Source: Promethearchaeota archaeon (lineage in GTDB: Archaea > Asgardarchaeota > Lokiarchaeia > Sigyniarchaeales > SOKP01). From it: a DNA stretch of 64,000 nucleotides. Under the pieces are notes generated by a model. The model ran no database searches and was not told the origin of the DNA. It saw nothing but the letters and a program-made list of their open reading frames with translations. How positions within the stretch are numbered: the stretch's first letter is position 1; every line of letters begins with the position of its first letter. Positions 44,004 to 53,589 of this stretch are shown piece by piece. Where the stretch lies: assembly GCA_029838195.1 (NCBI GenBank), contig JALGVJ010000008.1:1-64000 (forward strand). Reading direction: 5' to 3'. The position numbers and the translations under genes were made by a program.

Positions 44004-44082
44004 CCTTGATATAATCCATCTTATAATTAAAGGAAAAAATTTTAGTGATTAGAAGCGAACTTTAGTTCGCAAGGAATTTTTT
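44004..44082 (+). repeat. 79-bp dispersed element, copy 2, with hairpin at 44055-44070
   Basis: CCTTGATATAATCCATCTTATAATTAAAGGAAAAAATTTTAGTGATTAGAAGCGAACTTTAGTTCGCAAGGAATTTTTT is identical to the reverse complement of 15911-15989 and follows the oligo-T tract after the MFS stop. Confidence 0.95.
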
Positions 44083-44463
44083 TTATTTTATAATAATCCC
44101 ATCTTCAAGCTCATTTTAATTTTGGTTAGAGATTATTAAATTGAAGATTTAGTACTCTTATCATGTATTCATCTTGATAAAAAATTCGAGATTTCTGTAC
44201 GATTTCACGAAAAAATTACCTTTTTGCTTTTCTTTTTTCAAACACGATGCATAGAGAGCTCAATCTTATTTTTAATAATGAGTTAATAGCGCTTGATCAT
44301 AACCCGAACGTGGATTAATACGGGTTGAATATTTTTTTTTTAGAACCAATTCTGCGATAGATATCTTAATGGCTTGTCTATTTTCGATTTAATAATAATT
44401 TAAATAAATGAGAAAATGTAATAATTATATAAATTTAAAATAAAAATATTTTTTGGGAACTAC

Positions 44464-45027
44464 ATGAGATATTCTCGAGAACATGAAGCTAACAAGGATT
44501 TAAATGATGATAATTGGGATTTAATAAAAATCTCTAATGTTGACGACAAAATAATTAAAAATTTATTAGAATATATTACTTCGGATGTAAACGATAATTT
44601 CTTCATTTCCTTCGAATCTTTGCTAAAAATTGGAAAAAAAGCACGGACCTTAGTCGAGCAGAGTTATAAAAAACATGCGAGAAAAAAGGATGTTCGGAGA
44701 GAAATTTTAAAATTCATTTTAAATTATTACAAGGGCAGGATAAAATATCCCTTAGTTCCAAGGTTATACCATCCTGATTTCATTATTCGAGCGCGAACAT
44801 TAGAACAAATAGAAAAAAATAGAGAATTTAATTATTTGAAATTCATTTTGCCGCTAATAAATGATACGGATGATTCCGTGAGATGGGCTGCTATAAGAGT
44901 ACTAGAATCTTTTAAACACGCAGAAAACCGTCATTTTTTATACCAGATGTTAAAACATCGCATTCAAAAAGAGCCTAATCCTATAATAAAAGAAAAATTA
45001 ATTAAAATTTTCGCCCCAACCAAATAG
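44464..45027 (+). CDS. HEAT-repeat protein
   Basis: LYHPDFIIRART, LINDTDDSVRWAAIRVL, EPNPIIK. Confidence 0.75.
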   Translation: MRYSREHEANKDLNDDNWDLIKISNVDDKIIKNLLEYITSDVNDNFFISFESLLKIGKKARTLVEQSYKKHARKKDVRREILKFILNYYKGRIKYPLVPRLYHPDFIIRARTLEQIEKNREFNYLKFILPLINDTDDSVRWAAIRVLESFKHAENRHFLYQMLKHRIQKEPNPIIKEKLIKIFAPTK

Positions 45028-45337
45028 TTGATTTATTATTACGCCGTATTTTTCATTTTTATTTCTTATTTTTGAACTATTCTACTCCTAATTTTCCTAA
45101 AGTTAAGTTAAGATTTATCTCATTTTTTAGAATAGTATGAATCTTATACCAAGGGAAAAATAAAAATTCATTATTCTTTCCTTCCTTGATTACATTTTTC
45201 TAATAAATCAAGTCCATGTTTTAAATCTTCAAAGAAATTAATTTAAAATGACACTCATGAATTTTTCATGGAAATTTTCTTAAAACTAATAAAGAAGAGC
45301 TAAAAAGAAAATTATAAAAAATCAATGAGGAGGAATA

Positions 45338-45928
45338 TCATGTTCTTCTTTTTATAATTTCATAATCTTTTTTAATAATTTCTGAAAGTCCGGATCTTAG
45401 AGTAATGATTCGTGTATCAATTTTTTTGGAGCCTTGATAAAATGTAGGAATTCTATGTTTAAATTTTTCTAAAAGTTCGTGGAAATCAATTTTTTCTTCA
45501 TTGGGATAAAAAAAAATCGCATGAAGCACACTTAGTTCAAATTCTTTAATGTCTTCTTTCAATAATTTTCGAAGTTTCTCATCAAAACGTAAAAAAAAAT
45601 GAAATAGACAATCATCTATAGCCACATCGAAAGAAGGAAATGAATAACTGCCTAAATGCTTCAAGTAATCCGTGCGAATTATTCTTGCCCTCACCCATTC
45701 AATCGCTAAATCAAAAAGCGTTTTTCCCTCTTTCATTTTATCTTGATAATATTTTAATACGTCTATTATTTCATTCATCGAAGATCTAAGAGATTGGGCA
45801 TGATGGAGGAAATAAGCTAAAGTTGAAAGTGTTTCTTGGTCTTTTAACCCCTTTTTGACGCGTTGATAATAAGCCTTTAATTTATCTATATCAATTCTAT
45901 ATATTTGATCAAATTCACGGGTATCCAC
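45338..45928 (-). CDS. Hypothetical all-helical protein
   Basis: 196-aa ORF with GTG start preceded by GGAGG; no family recognised. Confidence 0.65.
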   Translation of the reverse strand: MDTREFDQIYRIDIDKLKAYYQRVKKGLKDQETLSTLAYFLHHAQSLRSSMNEIIDVLKYYQDKMKEGKTLFDLAIEWVRARIIRTDYLKHLGSYSFPSFDVAIDDCLFHFFLRFDEKLRKLLKEDIKEFELSVLHAIFFYPNEEKIDFHELLEKFKHRIPTFYQGSKKIDTRIITLRSGLSEIIKKDYEIIKRRT

Positions 45929-46242
45929 GTCGTTAATTGCCTCCCAAATAAAGATAGCATCGAATTAATAATACGGTTTTCAGTTCTCCCCAAAATAAAT
46001 TTCCTAGATTTGGGTATTCCAAATATCATGTTAAATTATTATAATCAATAACACTTGGTTCTTTAACTATTTAATATTTTAGAATTTGAAAAAGAAGTAA
46101 AAATAACATTAATGTAAATTAAAAAAACCACGATTTGCTGAGTACTCATTTAAAATTAAAATTTTGCTTAAACCATACTAAGAGAAGAGAAGGTAAAAAA
46201 TATCATTAAACAATTTTTATTTTTTTCTTATTTCTATATATT

Positions 46243-47292
46243 TTAGATTTTATCCAAGTTATATTGGATTTTTTTAAGAGCTTTATCCTCCGTTACATTC
46301 CAATCGTAAAAAGGATTTATCATGGGATTGATTTCTGCAATTACTTTTTCAAAACTTTTTTTTCTACCGAGTATCTGATGGAGCATTTTTCTATAATAAA
46401 TTAACTTCTTGGGTTCAGTTTCTATATTCATATCATTAATGAGAAAAACTCCATAGCTTTCTTTATTATCGCCCCTTATTAAAGATTCTTCTAAATATAT
46501 AACAACATCATTTCCGCGCTTTAATTTTATTAATCTAATGGACGGAATGATATGACTTATATTGAAAAGATCTAATGTTTCCATGATCCGGTGTTCATAG
46601 TAATCTGGAAGAATGCTCAACACGTAAAAAGACGGTATTTTTTTTAAAATTTCCTTGCGCATGGTGTCATCTAAATCACAAGTATACAAATTAGATTCTT
46701 CTCGATCGCGTGATAATGTCTGTTTTATTACGCCGATACAATAATAATCTTTCGGTGATTCCCAATAAATTTTTCTAGGCGAACCAAGCGAATATTCAAT
46801 GAAATTTAGTCCTTTCTTCAGTTCCCTTCGAATAAACCGATCAAAATTGAAATCTTCTCCCTTTAAGGCCTCCTCCACTATTCTTCCTTGTAATATGCTT
46901 GGATGGATGATTTTATCCAACTTTTCATGAATGATCTTAATATCCTCTGTATAAGATGAGCCTATAATTGAAAACAAGTTAGTAAATTTATCTTGAAATA
47001 TTCTTGTTGAATTTATCACGAAAAAAGACTGCATGAGATTTAATCCATTAATTCGTGTTGCTTTTAGAGATAATGACGATTCTATGCGTTCAATCTGCCA
47101 AGGTATTGGAGATTGGATTGCTTTTGTTAAAAAAATAGGTCCTAAAAATCTAAAAGATAACGTTCTCAATTGTTCTAAATTGGATTCCGATAATTTTTGA
47201 GGAAATTTTATCTCATCATAAATGAGATTATTTTCCGTACAAAAAAAAAGTCCTAACAAGGGACTTATTTGTTTCATGGGTGATTCTTGCAT
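46243..47292 (-). CDS. Hypothetical protein (possibly two longin/uDENN-like domains)
   Basis: 349-aa ORF; fold suggestion rests only on the hydrophobic pattern. Confidence 0.6.
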   Translation of the reverse strand: MQESPMKQISPLLGLFFCTENNLIYDEIKFPQKLSESNLEQLRTLSFRFLGPIFLTKAIQSPIPWQIERIESSLSLKATRINGLNLMQSFFVINSTRIFQDKFTNLFSIIGSSYTEDIKIIHEKLDKIIHPSILQGRIVEEALKGEDFNFDRFIRRELKKGLNFIEYSLGSPRKIYWESPKDYYCIGVIKQTLSRDREESNLYTCDLDDTMRKEILKKIPSFYVLSILPDYYEHRIMETLDLFNISHIIPSIRLIKLKRGNDVVIYLEESLIRGDNKESYGVFLINDMNIETEPKKLIYYRKMLHQILGRKKSFEKVIAEINPMINPFYDWNVTEDKALKKIQYNLDKI

Positions 47293-47491
47293 TCTAATAT
47301 TATATAATATTTATAATTGAATGGATTATTTTCCCTATTCTTTTAATATTAAGGGATTTAAATCATAAAATATTTTTTTTAACCATGCATGGTTTAAATA
47401 TCTTAATTTTCTTTATTTTCCCCATAATCATTGCTTAATAGAGATCATTCATTTTTAATTAATAACTTTATCGCACCATGATAAAAATATT

Positions 47492-48331
47492 ATGATTTCA
47501 CGCCACAATTTAGCTTTAAATCAAGACTCGTGTAAGAATTTTCCGACGATAGAAGAATTTCTCAGAAAAACCAGATTTTTTACCCGTGTTGAGTTGAATT
47601 ATTATACATTAACCAAAAATTTTACACCGAATTTTAAATTGTCTGATCTTATTGAACTTCTTGAAATATTTAAAACTAAAGTCATAAGCCTTCATGGTTT
47701 GAAGGATTTTTCTCTTTCCTCTGATTATATCTTTACAACTACCATTTTACCTCAATTAAATGACATGATGAAGGCATGTTATAAATTAGAATGTGAAATG
47801 ATTATCGTTTATCCCTCAAAAATTGACCCGAAATTTTCCGAAACTCCCTTTTCTAAAGAAAAAATCATCCAAAGAACCCTAAAACGTTTATCAACTTTAT
47901 CTAAAATCGCTTGGAAAGAAGATATAAAGTTAGGATTTGAAATGTTAAGTGATGAAGATAGTTCTATTAAAACCCTAAAAGAAACTCAAGATGTTTTAAA
48001 TAATTTAACTACACGAGAGAATGTAGGGTATGTATTAGATATATTCCACCTTTACATGTCAAAAAGTAATCTTGATATATTAATTAAAGATATCAAGGAT
48101 CATGTTTTTTTAATTCAACTATGTGACTTTGAAGAAACTTCTATAGAAAATGCTGAAAAAGGAGAAAAAATTCATAGAATCTTCCCAGGGCAAGGAAAAT
48201 TTAATTTTAAAAATCTCTTTCGCTTATTAAAAAACCATGATTATAGTGGATTATTTTCCATAGAAGCAGATTGTGATAAGTGTGATTCTAAAATATTAAA
48301 GCAAGTTTATCAATTTTTAATGAATTTCTAA
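47492..48331 (+). CDS. Sugar phosphate isomerase/epimerase (IolI-like TIM barrel)
   Basis: LGFEM, NVGYVLDIFH, IQLCD, RIFPGQG, YSGLFSIE. Confidence 0.82.
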   Translation: MISRHNLALNQDSCKNFPTIEEFLRKTRFFTRVELNYYTLTKNFTPNFKLSDLIELLEIFKTKVISLHGLKDFSLSSDYIFTTTILPQLNDMMKACYKLECEMIIVYPSKIDPKFSETPFSKEKIIQRTLKRLSTLSKIAWKEDIKLGFEMLSDEDSSIKTLKETQDVLNNLTTRENVGYVLDIFHLYMSKSNLDILIKDIKDHVFLIQLCDFEETSIENAEKGEKIHRIFPGQGKFNFKNLFRLLKNHDYSGLFSIEADCDKCDSKILKQVYQFLMNF

Positions 48332-48490
48332 AAAAAATTAATATGGTTATTTCCAAAAAAAGTTCATCCCTTATCTTTCCAAATTTACCTTTTCTAGCGA
48401 TGAGCTTTTTTAAAATGAAATATTAACCAAAAACATGTCTATATAACATTTTGATCCTTCAGTATAAATTAAAAAAATGAACGAAATAAC

Positions 48491-49393
48491 ATGAAAAAAA
48501 TTCCCCTCATTCTTGATACGGATATTGGAACTGATATAGATGATACATGGGCTTTAGGTTTCATGTTACAATGCCCCGAATTTGATGTTAAATTGATAAC
48601 AACAACTTCTGATAATACTATTGAACGAGCCAAAATCGTTGCAAAATTTCTTGAATGCGCTGACCGAACTGATATTCCCATTGGAATAGGCCTTAATGAA
48701 AATCAGAAGAAAGTAAAACAACATGAATGGATAAAAGACTATGATTTATCTAGCTATCTCGGCACTATTCATGAAAATGGGGTTGAATCGCTCTGTTCCA
48801 CGATCATTCAATCTCCTGAACCTATTACGCTTATTGCAATTGGCCCCTTAGGAAACATCGCACGTGCGCTTAAAACTCACCCAGAAATTGCTAAAAATGC
48901 CCGATTCATAGGGATGCAAGGAAGCCTCCGAATCGGTTATGAAGGAAGACCTGGCCCGCATCCTGAATATAACGTGATTAGGAACGTGCAAGCTTGTAAA
49001 GAGGTTTTTCAAGCCCCTTGGGAAAAAACTATTACACCGCTCGATACATGTGGAAACATCATCCTCTCCGATGAGCGATTTGAAAGAGTCATGAATTCTA
49101 ATAACGTGATAATGGAATTAATAAAAGAAAATTTCATGATTTGGGCTAAAAAAACAAGAATGACCAAGAAAACCATTGAGCAGCGAAAAACATCTATATT
49201 ATTTGATACCGTGGCTATATATTTAGGATTTTCGGAAGAATTTCTTAATATTGAAGGATTAAACATTATAGTTACGGACAAGGGCATTACTGAAATAAAT
49301 GAAAATGGGAATCTAATACGATATGCTACCGATTGGACCAATTTAGAAGGTTTTAAAGACCTACTAGTAAATAGATTAATCCAAGATAATTGA
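48491..49393 (+). CDS. Nucleoside hydrolase (IU-NH family)
   Basis: LDTDIGTDIDD, IAIGPLGNIA, PEYNV, PLD, ILFD. Confidence 0.92.
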   Translation: MKKIPLILDTDIGTDIDDTWALGFMLQCPEFDVKLITTTSDNTIERAKIVAKFLECADRTDIPIGIGLNENQKKVKQHEWIKDYDLSSYLGTIHENGVESLCSTIIQSPEPITLIAIGPLGNIARALKTHPEIAKNARFIGMQGSLRIGYEGRPGPHPEYNVIRNVQACKEVFQAPWEKTITPLDTCGNIILSDERFERVMNSNNVIMELIKENFMIWAKKTRMTKKTIEQRKTSILFDTVAIYLGFSEEFLNIEGLNIIVTDKGITEINENGNLIRYATDWTNLEGFKDLLVNRLIQDN

Positions 49394-49802
49394 ACGAAAA
49401 AAGAGATGATGTTTTATATTTAGATCAACTCATTTTTAACCTTCTTATACAAAACGCTTTCAATAGCTCTCTTGATTGAAAAACATTCTCATTAAAATGG
49501 TTGATATTTAAAATTTTATTAAAAACTTTACAATAAGAGCTCAAAGATAAGTCATTAACCAAAATTCATGGAATTTTCTTTCATTTCCTAATATTTTTCA
49601 TGATGTAAAATGACACGAATTCACGAAAATAAGAATAACCTTAAAATTTCTTCTTTCCTTAAAAAAATGAAATTCGACAATTTTTTTAGCATTACCAAAT
49701 TAATACCCAAATTTTAATAATTTATCGAAATCTAAGAATTTATAACGTAAGAATTTTAATTTATAATATAAATGAATTGAAATTTCTTTTGGCAAAATCA
49801 CC

Positions 49803-50330
49803 ATGCCGCCCTCGTACGATTACACATTTAAGATTTTGTTGCTAGGAAATGCCACAGTGGGTAAAACATGCTTCACAAAGCGATATTGTTATAATATATT
49901 TAATCCATCTGAGCGATTGACTATTGGTGTGGATTTTCATGTTAAAACCATTGAATTAAAAGGAAGGAAAATCAAATTGCAGATATGGGACATAGGAGGA
50001 GAGGCTAGATTCCGATTTTTATTACCCACTTATTGCTTGGGAGCGAATGCGGCATTTTTATTATATGATATAACAAGGACATCAACATTAGAAAATGTTC
50101 ATGAATGGATTTCTATTGTTCGTCAAAAAGCAGGTCCCATTCCAATCATGCTCATTGGAGCTAAAATAGATCTCTCACCGAAGGAACGAGAAATCAGCCG
50201 AGAGTATGGCATCCAAATAGCAGAAAAAAATGATATTGCTGCTTTTGCCGAAATCAGTTCTAAAAATAATATAAATATAGACGAATCCTTCAACACGTTG
50301 ACAAGACTAACCTTAGAACGAACGGAATAA
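49803..50330 (+). CDS. Rab-like small GTPase
   Basis: YDYTFKILLLGNATVGKT, TIGVDF, KLQIWDIGGEARF, LLYDIT, GAKID, EISSK; no C-terminal prenylation cysteine. Confidence 0.93.
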   Translation: MPPSYDYTFKILLLGNATVGKTCFTKRYCYNIFNPSERLTIGVDFHVKTIELKGRKIKLQIWDIGGEARFRFLLPTYCLGANAAFLLYDITRTSTLENVHEWISIVRQKAGPIPIMLIGAKIDLSPKEREISREYGIQIAEKNDIAAFAEISSKNNINIDESFNTLTRLTLERTE

Positions 50331-50347
50331 GAAGGAAGGGTGAGAAT

Positions 50348-51313
50348 TTGGAGGAGGAGAAATTTTTAATTTTGAGTCAGTTATTCGATTCCTTGGGGAT
50401 AATTGAAAAAGGTATTGAAAAAATTTATCATCACCTTTTAAAAAACAAGAAGATTGAGAATTTAAATGAAGTGTGTGGTCAATATGGGCTGTCCTTGAAG
50501 CGTGGATATAAAATATGCTCTGTCTTGAATGAGCTGGGCTTAGTATTAATTTATGATCGTCCCATGAAAATCCTGCTCCAATCCGATGTGATTCCCCTCT
50601 GGCAAGAAATCGTGAACTTACGGATTGAAAATCTTCAAAAAGAATTTCAAGAACAAAAAAAGAAATGCGAAATGAGTTTAGAAGAATTTTTCAAAGCTTA
50701 TGATTTAAAAGAAAAAGAAATTCAAGAACCCGTAGAATTTTATAATTTGAACATCCCTAATTTTTCAGAAATCCTTAGAAATTATAAAAATGCACTCAAA
50801 AAATGTTGTATTGCTTTAGGAATACATTATGAAAACCCTTTCGTGTCTCTCATTAGAGAAAAGGAGGGAAAACAACTTCAAGATATCCTATATTCTGAAA
50901 TTTTACCTGAATTGCATGAAATTAAAGAAAAAATTAAAAATTTAGATATAAAAATTGTAATTAACGAAGAATTGTTCCTTGAACTGATTCAGAGCAAGGA
51001 ATTTAAGATTCTCAACGAACTCATTACCCCTTTAAACATCAAATTCAAAAAAATTGAATTATGGATTACTGAATCCAATTTTAGCAATTTCTCCTTAACG
51101 GATGATGAATTAATTCAACCAAGCTTCGATCCTACCAATAAACTCATTGGATGTTATATTTCCAGAAATAAAAACATTTATCAAATCTTTTACGATAAAT
51201 TTAATGAACTATGTGAAAATGGTATCATCCTAGAAACGTATGCAAAATCTAAGGATATATTCGAATCTAAGCCCATTTCGAGTACAGATATCTTAACTTT
51301 AAGCCTTCTTTAA
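50348..51313 (+). CDS. TrmB-like transcriptional regulator
   Basis: N-terminal winged HTH (LG..EKIYHHLL...GLSLKRGYKICSVLNELGLV), then a coiled coil, then a C-terminal effector-like domain ending NKNIYQIFYDKFNELCENG. Confidence 0.65.
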   Translation: MEEEKFLILSQLFDSLGIIEKGIEKIYHHLLKNKKIENLNEVCGQYGLSLKRGYKICSVLNELGLVLIYDRPMKILLQSDVIPLWQEIVNLRIENLQKEFQEQKKKCEMSLEEFFKAYDLKEKEIQEPVEFYNLNIPNFSEILRNYKNALKKCCIALGIHYENPFVSLIREKEGKQLQDILYSEILPELHEIKEKIKNLDIKIVINEELFLELIQSKEFKILNELITPLNIKFKKIELWITESNFSNFSLTDDELIQPSFDPTNKLIGCYISRNKNIYQIFYDKFNELCENGIILETYAKSKDIFESKPISSTDILTLSLL

Positions 51314-51603
51314 ATCTTTTATTAAGAGCTATTTATTAAATCGTTTTCTTCATGATTCTTAGCTCCTGGCTATCCCTACACGTGATTAAAAAGTTAAACG
51401 GCACGCACCTACCTTCTTTTTGGCTCCTAAAAAAGAGATTATTAATTCTCAAAACTTCACGCGCTAAAGATAATCAAGAAGGAGAAAAAAAAGCTTGCTT
51501 TCTTATTTCATGAATATTAACGACCGTGACAAAATTAAATATTCTAATTTCATCTCAAAATTTAAAATTTATAACAAAATTAAAGTTAAAAATTAATAAA
51601 AAA

Positions 51604-53139
51604 TTATTTATTAAGATTCTTTTTAAACTGCATAGCCTTCCGAAATTTTTTTAGCTGTTCACGTGGAGTCACGGTTGGCCGCTCATATCGCTTCAATTTT
51701 GATTTAATACCAAAAAGATATTTTGCAATATTCTTAAGTTTTTCAAGATCATAGCGCATCATCATTGTAATTGTCTCCATCTGAGGAGATCCTCCTCCAT
51801 GTAGCCCTCCCACTTGCATGAGTCCCGCAAGCTCGGAGACTGCAAGAGTTTCAATGCCTTTAAAGCATTTATAAATATTTTCGGGTTTAATCCTTGGATT
51901 TCTCTTCAAATATTTCATGGCTAATTCTCCCACCTCTTCTGAAAAGAAAGATCCTTCAAAAGGTAAGGTTGCTATTAATCCTCCAGAAAGATCCGCTAAA
52001 ATCTTATATTCTTCATAAATCATCTCTCCAGCTAACCTACGTCCCGCATTAGTAAGAATTTCATCGGGCACTTGCGTTCCTGAAGGCGCTTTTTCTGAAT
52101 GCTTTGCACTCGATTCTCCTGCCGCAAATACTAATTCGGCAGTTCCAATTAAATGAGATATTTTATCTTGAACATGAGACGCTTTCTCAATTCCATTATA
52201 TTCAGCAACCAAAGCAGCAGCGCTAGCTATAACCTCTGAAACTGCAGGCTTACAGCCTGTATAACTATGGCGATGATAATGTGCGAACATTAGTGCTAAA
52301 AATCCAGCATATGCTGTCTGGCGGGGATCTCCATTGCCGTTTAGAAAAACACGCTCATTGGGAACAAATACATCATCAAATATTATGTAAGTTTCCGCAT
52401 CACCCAATTTCCTGTTGGGCATATCAACATATTTGCTTTCGCGTTGATAAGCGGGACGTGTTAATAATTTAACCCCTTCCCAATCGCAAGGTAAAGCAAA
52501 GGCTACAGCATAATCTTTATCTTCTGGACCCATGTAGCGACATGGAACAACAATCATCTCATCGGCATAGGGCGTGTTAGTTATATTACATTTGCACCCA
52601 CGAACAATGATTCCATCCTCCCGAGTTTCTACGACTCGCAAGTAAAGATCTGGATCTTCTTGTTCGTGGGGTCTTTTTAATCGATCCCCTTTTACATCGG
52701 TTTGAGCACAGCTTGCAACTAAATCATTTTCTTGGAAAAATATCATGTATTTTTTAAACCGTTCATAATAGTCCGTACCAAGAGCTTCATCCATCTCATA
52801 GGTGATGACCGATAATGCATTCAAAGCATCAATGCCCATGCATCTTTGGATGCAACCACCTACTCTATGACATAACAAGCGAGTCATGAGCTGTTTTTTT
52901 AACAAATCTTCTTCACTTTGATGGATATGACAGAAACGATTTATTTTTTTACCGGTTAAATGCGAGGTTGCTATACAGAGATCTTCATATTCAGGGTCCT
53001 GGGCCCGATCAAATGTCTCTTTAATGATATTCATGCCCCCCTTTAGTCTTGGATCATCTCTTCCTACTATTTCTTCTCCGATATAGACATTTGGTTTCAT
53101 TTTATAGAGATCTTGAACATATTCTTTAAACGTGCGCAA
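51604..53139 (-). CDS. abfD: 4-hydroxybutyryl-CoA dehydratase / vinylacetyl-CoA isomerase family
   Basis: GGCIQRCMG (two Fe-S Cys), QTDVKGDR, DPDLYLRVVE, HYHRHSYTGCK (His and Cys ligands), HGGGSP. Confidence 0.85.
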   Translation of the reverse strand: MRTFKEYVQDLYKMKPNVYIGEEIVGRDDPRLKGGMNIIKETFDRAQDPEYEDLCIATSHLTGKKINRFCHIHQSEEDLLKKQLMTRLLCHRVGGCIQRCMGIDALNALSVITYEMDEALGTDYYERFKKYMIFFQENDLVASCAQTDVKGDRLKRPHEQEDPDLYLRVVETREDGIIVRGCKCNITNTPYADEMIVVPCRYMGPEDKDYAVAFALPCDWEGVKLLTRPAYQRESKYVDMPNRKLGDAETYIIFDDVFVPNERVFLNGNGDPRQTAYAGFLALMFAHYHRHSYTGCKPAVSEVIASAAALVAEYNGIEKASHVQDKISHLIGTAELVFAAGESSAKHSEKAPSGTQVPDEILTNAGRRLAGEMIYEEYKILADLSGGLIATLPFEGSFFSEEVGELAMKYLKRNPRIKPENIYKCFKGIETLAVSELAGLMQVGGLHGGGSPQMETITMMMRYDLEKLKNIAKYLFGIKSKLKRYERPTVTPREQLKKFRKAMQFKKNLNK

Positions 53140-53589
53140 TTTTATTACCTTTTAAAATTTTAAAAAATTTGTTCTATAAATAGACTATTATTCATGAGAA
53201 AAAAAATCTAATGATTATAAAAGATTCGCCCTCATTAAAAAAAATTTTGAAAAACATTACAAAAAACATTTTTTTTTCCCTTGTTTTTAAAAACATGATC
53301 AATCAGAAGCCTTATAGAGAATTCTTCAAGAACATGAAAATTTAACAATGTTATAATAAACAAAGAAAAAATTACATGAATGAAAAAGATTCATCTAAAA
53401 AAATAAACAATAAAATATAAAAAACAAAAAAAATTAAACAAACTAAAATATCTCATGATTTTTATTAAAAGTATTAGAGAACTAATTTTATACACTTGGG
53501 TAATTAGTTCTTATTGAATGATAATATTATCACTATTCTTGAGGTAAAAATGAATAATGTAGAGAGAATTCAAAGGTGAAAAATTCTAT

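Noticed and set aside
44004-44082. The 79-bp element as a SECIS element, tRNA fragment or CRISPR repeat
   Set aside because: The upstream genes have no in-frame TGA, there is no cloverleaf around GTTCG, and there are only two dispersed copies with no spacer array.
44301-44326. AACCCG...CGGGTT hairpin upstream of the HEAT-repeat gene
   Set aside because: A single 6-bp stem with a long loop is compatible with chance.
51604-53139. Evidence for autotrophic carbon fixation
   Set aside because: AbfD alone is not diagnostic, and no other cycle-specific genes are in the window.
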